Shown piece after piece: positions 35,709-40,613 of a stretch of DNA of 40,613 nt (position 1 is the first letter of the stretch; each line of letters opens with the position of its first letter). The notes beneath the pieces were generated by a model that was not told where the DNA came from, ran no database searches, and saw only the letters and a program-made list of their open reading frames with translations. Origin of the DNA: Basidioascus undulatus (Eukaryota); the NCBI GenBank assembly GCA_000826855.1, contig JTLS01000032.1, positions 1 to 40,613 on the forward strand, written 5' to 3'. Both the position numbers and the translations under genes were made by a program.

Positions 35709-36655
35709 TCGTCGGGGAAGCAGAAATAATCAGGAAGGGGTGTTAGCGCTGAGTGAAGTGTATGAAGGATGGAGGAGGAAAGTGGTTGAGAGAGCGGGCG
35801 GTGCAGTCGTCGTCGCGACGTCGTGGTGATCGCGTGAATGCTATTTCTGGACTGAGACAAATGGCGCACTGTGCCGGACTTTCACGCAATAAACCCCTCA
35901 CCACGAAAGCGCAGTCCGCCCTTGTTTGCCGGTCTGTATTAGGGTGGGTCAATGCGAGCCGCTTGAGGGAGGCGAGCCGCGAGACCAGCGCGAGAAATTC
36001 CGTTTGGCACCAGGCCCTGGAGATACGGCGCTGATGAGTGCAGCGAAAGGGTCCAAGATGCACCCTTTCTGCTCTTCAATGCTCCTTCCCGGTCTTCCTA
36101 AAAGGCAAAGATTGAGCATCTTAAGACGAAAAGAATTATACAGTAATTGCTCTTGAGATGTTTTGAACCGTGGCAGAGACACTGATAGCCCAGGTTCGAG
36201 GCGACCTCACTGACGATACGGGCGGTATCTTTCCGCCGAAATGTTTGGGACGTCGACGCTGCACAGGATATCGCTGATGGCCTCGTACGCTCCGGTTTCC
36301 TAAGACGGAAAGGATGTTTTCGCGCTATCTGGACGGCGAAAAGAGTCCAGATGCTGCGGGGGTCACAACGCTTGGTCTCTTCCGTTGCCGATATAATAGC
36401 CTGAGCTAGGTACCTAGCGAGTGAAACAGCTGTCCTCTGCTGGTCAAGGTGGTCATAAAAGATCCGAGCTGCGAGAGCGAGAGAGATAGTTTTTGTCGGA
36501 CTTTTTACAGGCCCTTCTGAGCATAGTAGAAGAAGACTGTTTGGGAGCTTGCCAGACATTTCGGATCGAATGCGCTCGAATCGTCAAGGTCCACTGGTTC
36601 ATGAAGAACGGCCGCACGCCAGACATTTTGCACATGGAAACGTTCCCGCACTCCT

Positions 36656-37948
36656 TCAAAGCTCCACCGGCCGCACCTCCGGAAGATCCTCGAGCGCCCT
36701 CTCGACGATCTGAGCCTGCAAAGCTAACATCGTGCTGCGCTGTCAGCGGTGCGTATCAGTCGTTTCCGACAGAACTGGCCGATACTTACCGCCGGCGGGC
36801 CAGGTCTCCCAAAACCGCTTCAGAGCGTCTATGCTAAGACCAGCCGCTCCGCGCAGGCGCTCCGCCTCGGCCCAAGCCTCGTCCTCCAGCGCTGTCCGCA
36901 GCGCGCGGATCGAATGCTGCCCGGCGCGAGTCCATGCAAACCTTTAAGTGGAATCATTAGAATTGGGAGACTCAGTGCGATGTAAAAAGAGAAGCGCACG
37001 TCATCCCAAGAGGCAGTCGACGAGGTTGTAGCCCGGAGCGGCGATGAGGAGCACCAGGTCCACGATGTCAGAAGCGGCACGATCGCAAGCTCCCACAGAC
37101 TCAGCGTTCGTATCTGTGTGCAGTTCGTGCAAGATCAAAGTACAGCTGACACCAGGATCCGCGCGCGTCAGTGTGATACCGACACATGAAAGGAAGTGAA
37201 GAGGACGTACAACGCCGCCATACTCCTCGCCGCCATGCCCACTTCGCTCGCGAACGGACTGTTATGAAAGCTTGGGTAGAAGGACGAGGAAAACCACGCA
37301 GAGAGCGTTTGCCTGAAAGCTCTGATAACTTCGTCGAGCTCAGCGAACGCGTCGCTCGCTCGAACGTCCGCGAGCGTGTCGGCCGTCCCGACCGGGTCGT
37401 TCAAGCGAGACGCCCTCGTCGCGAGGTATGCTAATTTGACAAAAAGACCGCTTGGGTCCATGGCCTGGGGGATGCCGGATCATGCAGTCGGGGTCGTGCA
37501 GCGTCTAGAGCGCGGCCTCGGTTGGATGGTTCACGAGCTGTAATCGTTCGACGCTGTTAAATGAAAGAACACCCTCCGAAAAGGGATATGGAAAAGCACC
37601 TCCAAGCCAAGGCTCAGGTCCTCCAGCGCCCACTTCAGTTCCTCTGTTAGAGAAGTAAAGAGTCAGATGTCGGCGGGCATGTCGATTCCACCCGAATCGC
37701 ACCGATCTTCCGCTGCCTGGCGGCCTTGCTTCTCTTGTTCTCGTACGCGCAGATGTACTCAATCGGGCCCCTCGTGCACTGGCTGCAAACAGGGCGCCTG
37801 CCATTGCATTTCTGGAAAGCACGCGTCCCGTCAGACTACCTTGCGAGCCTACGCGACGTAAGTGAGGACGTCGACTTGCGATCTTTCGGTCGCGGCAGGG
37901 CTGGCAGGCTGTCCCGTAGTTGCGCCGCTGCTTCGAGACGGCGGGCAT
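36656..37948 (-). pseudogene. Zn(II)2Cys6 fungal transcription factor, probably degenerate or internally deleted
   Basis: ACQPCRDRKI|KCNGRRPVCSQCTRGPIEYIC is a complete binuclear cluster after removal of a 68-nt GC-AG intron. Downstream helical segments (37168-37461; GFAWTRAG...WETWPAG) resemble a TF C-terminal region. I could not join them without stops near 37480-37510, and the gene is short for the family. The 3' end is approximate. Confidence 0.7.
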
Positions 37949-38477
37949 CGTCTATCAGAGGAGAAGGAGGAGGGCGGTGCGGTTGAAGGTAGGAAGGTAA
38001 CAGAAAACGGGTGATTTGGGTGGCGGCCTTGTGGTCGTGTATCCATCATGACAGGGGTGTCCGCGACCGACGTTGCGTAAACCCGGCACGGCAATTGCGA
38101 ACGGGCCGGCCCCCTGGAGCTATCAAATCATCTCGGTGCGATTTTTCAAAAACACCCAATGTCGACTTTTGGCCACAATAAACTTTTCAGTGGAACTCAG
38201 GGCATGCACGCCATTCCAAAGTGTTCTTGGATGCGTGTGCGATGCAGTTCTTGCAATCATAACGCAGTACTGTCGCCCTGTCCGCAGGTCGGGCACCCTT
38301 CACAGTCACAAGAAGCCAGTGCGGCGCAGGATCGAGAGCAACGTCCGTTCAATTTTGTGAAACAACTGGTTGTCCGACATCGAGCAGCCCCCTCCTCACA
38401 GCGTCCGCATCATCAACCCATTCAACCCAGTTCACCCCCTCAGCCCCGACCCATTTATCCTATCCCCCGCTCCCTCC

Positions 38478-39969
38478 TCAGATCTTCCACCGCCCAATGA
38501 TCGAGCTGTCCGCCCCAACGCCCCATCAGTTTCCGTTCCCCTCGCCCAGAAACACAGCAAAGAAAAGGAAGAAAGCACGACGTACTCGAACGCCGCCATG
38601 ATAGTCCACTTCCTGTTCTCCGCCTCGGGGAAGACGAGGCTGCGCGGGCCGTAGAAGACGTCGTCGTCGACCTCCTCCGCCTTGCGCGGCAGACAGTGCA
38701 TGAACTTCCAGTGCGGCTTGGCACCGCCGCGCTGTGGGTGGGGGTGCGTGAGTCGTTGAACGAGCACCGCCGGGGGGAAGGAAACCGAGGGGGAAAGACG
38801 GGGAAGGGAAGGGAGGCGAAGGTGAGGAAGGTGAAGTGGGGGAGGAAGGGGAGGAAGGGAGTAGAGGAGAGAAGAGGGAAACGGACCTTCGCAAGCGCCT
38901 CAGTCACTTGGAACCCAGCAAAGTCCTTCAGCCGCTGGGCCTTCTCCGCCTCCTGGCCCATCGAGATCCTACGCACAAGTAAATGCGCGTTAGCTACCCA
39001 AAGATAGGAAGAGGCTGGGGATGTGGGGCGCACCAAGTGTCGGTCAAGACCAAATCCGCGCCCTTCACTGCCTCCTCCGGCACCTCCGTTTTAACGATCC
39101 TGCTCTTCACCGCCTCTCCCTGGCGCTCCACCTCCTCCCACACAACAGCGTCGATCTCGTACCCCCTCGGTGTAGCGATCTGGAGCGTCGCGCCGAGGCG
39201 CGGGAACGAGACCATCATGTCGTAAAGGATGTTGTTTGCGTCGCCCACCCAGGCGACGGTGAGCCCTGCGAGGGGTGCGTCGGACGCGAAAGATGTGTGC
39301 AGGTGCTCGGAGAGCGTGAGCAGGTCCGCCAGTGTTTGGGTCGGGTGGTAGAGCGCGGAGAGCGCGTTGATTACGGGGACGGTGGAGTGCTGGGCGAGGA
39401 GCTGTGGGGCGAGGGGGGTGGTGAGGTGAGGGAAGAGGGAGAAAGGGAGGGAGGGGGAGAGAAGACGGACTTCGACTTCGGCGTGGTCCCCAACGCGAGC
39501 GAAGATACCGTCCACCATGGAGGACACGACCTTGGCCGTGTCGAGCAGCGACTCATTCACGCCGAGCTGGATGTCGGAGGGGGAGAGGAAGAGCGGGTGG
39601 CCGCCTATCGCAGCGCGCACCCACAATATCAGCATCCCCCCCTCAACCGCCCGCACCCCCTCCCCCTCACTCACCAAGCAGCTGCGCGCTCGTCTCCGCC
39701 GCAACGCGCGTGCGCGTCGAGCGCTTGCTAAACAGCACCGCGATCGTCTTCCCCTCAAGCGTCTTCTGCACGCCCCCGAGCCCGAGGCCGGGCGCGAGCC
39801 CCTCCCACTTGAAGCTGGGGGACGGCTCGGGGGGCACGGCGGCGCCCCTGACCTGCGCCTTGAACGCCGCGGCGGACTGGAGCAGCGCGGAGAGTTGCGC
39901 GTTGGAGAGCTGCGCCGTGGAGAGCAGGTGCGGCGGCGCGCGGGTGAGGAGGCGGGCGGTGGGCAGCAT
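38478..39969 (-). CDS. ARG3: Ornithine carbamoyltransferase, mitochondrial precursor (multi-exon)
   Basis: FSKRSTRTR carbamoyl-phosphate motif, [79 protein letters not shown]. Last exon DSIIGRWKI*. The N-terminus is Arg/Leu/Thr-rich and lacks acidic residues. Confidence 0.97.
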
Positions 39970-40370
39970 CGTGAATGGGCAGATGAGGGCGGGAGCGAAG
40001 CGACAAGACGCAGGGGAAGATGATATAAAGTCTCACGCAGCGATTCAGGAAGCTGCAGGCGCCTCGCTCGGTCTGCTTTGACTCGACGCACACACTCAAA
40101 TATTTCTAGGGCATACACACCTCCCTCAGAATTATTCTTTCTGAAAAGTACTCTACTTGTGCTGCTTGTTAAGAAAAAGAGCCATCAGATGCCGCCCTGC
40201 TGCCCCTTCATCCTCCGCCATTCCGCGGGCAGGACTCGCTCCCCCGCGTCATCCGCGTCTTGCCGCATCTGCGCTCTCTTGCTCTTCTTGTTCTCACCAA
40301 CCGGACTTTCTCGCATCCGCATAACCGCATCTGCATCCCCCAATTTCGTCTCGTCCTCCCCAAGCCCAGT

Positions 40371-40613
40371 ATGGACGATGCGACTGCCGCCGCGATGGGC
40401 CTGCCCCTCTCGTTCGGGAGCACCTCGAAATCCCACAAGCCTGCCGCCCCTTCCAGCGGCCCGTCCTCCGCCGCCCCTTCCCAACAACCTCAGCATACCA
40501 AAAACTTCCGCGGTGGCGGCGGCGGTGGGCGCGGACGTGGACGCGGGCGGGGTGTCGGTGGTGGTGGAAAGGAGCGAAAGAGGATGGGGAATGGGAGGGA
40601 AAAGACGAACCGC
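40371..40613 (+). CDS. 5' part of an RG/RGG-rich protein, truncated by the window end
   Basis: MDDATAAAMGLPLSFGS...FRGGGGGGRGRGRGRG stays open to the end of the window and is divergent from ARG3. An in-frame upstream ATG at 40188 is an alternative start. Confidence 0.6.
   Translation, partial: MDDATAAAMGLPLSFGSTSKSHKPAAPSSGPSSAAPSQQPQHTKNFRGGGGGGRGRGRGRGVGGGGKERKRMGNGREKTNR

Noticed and set aside
36098..36559. 153-aa minus-strand ORF between MAM3 and the Zn2Cys6 gene
   Set aside because: No recognisable homology or splice support.
890..39969. AGC1 (citrin-like) plus ARG3 as an arginine/urea-cycle gene cluster
   Set aside because: They are ~34 kb apart with unrelated genes between them, so there is no evidence beyond pathway coincidence.
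1..40613. Prokaryotic-type systems (CRISPR array, operons, defence islands), tRNA and rRNA
   Set aside because: The sequence is intron-rich eukaryotic DNA; no regularly spaced repeats, cloverleaf or rRNA signature was seen.

Overview
Eukaryotic (fungal, basidiomycete-like) genomic DNA: GC-rich exons, many short (~55-85 nt) GT-AG introns with CTRAC-type branch sites, and microexons, so the six-frame ORF track shows only gene fragments. Recognisable multi-exon genes are an EF-hand mitochondrial aspartate/glutamate carrier (AGC1, +), a giant bridge-like lipid-transfer protein (CSF1, +), the Ca2+ channel subunit MID1 (+), a CNNM/DUF21-CBS protein (MAM3-like, -), a probably degenerate Zn2Cys6 transcription factor (-), ornithine carbamoyltransferase (ARG3, -) and the start of an RGG-rich gene (+). 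Between AGC1 and CSF1 lies a ~12 kb accessory island. It holds two remnants of a 'GPQPAAYGHLQTLA' membrane-protein family, a universal-stress-protein pseudogene, a BTB gene that splices in frame into one of those remnants (apparent chimera), and an intact three-exon 61-aa microprotein gene that is missing from the ORF track. No rRNA, tRNA, CRISPR or recognisable transposase was found. All exon boundaries were read by eye, and family assignments come from recalled motifs rather than database searches.
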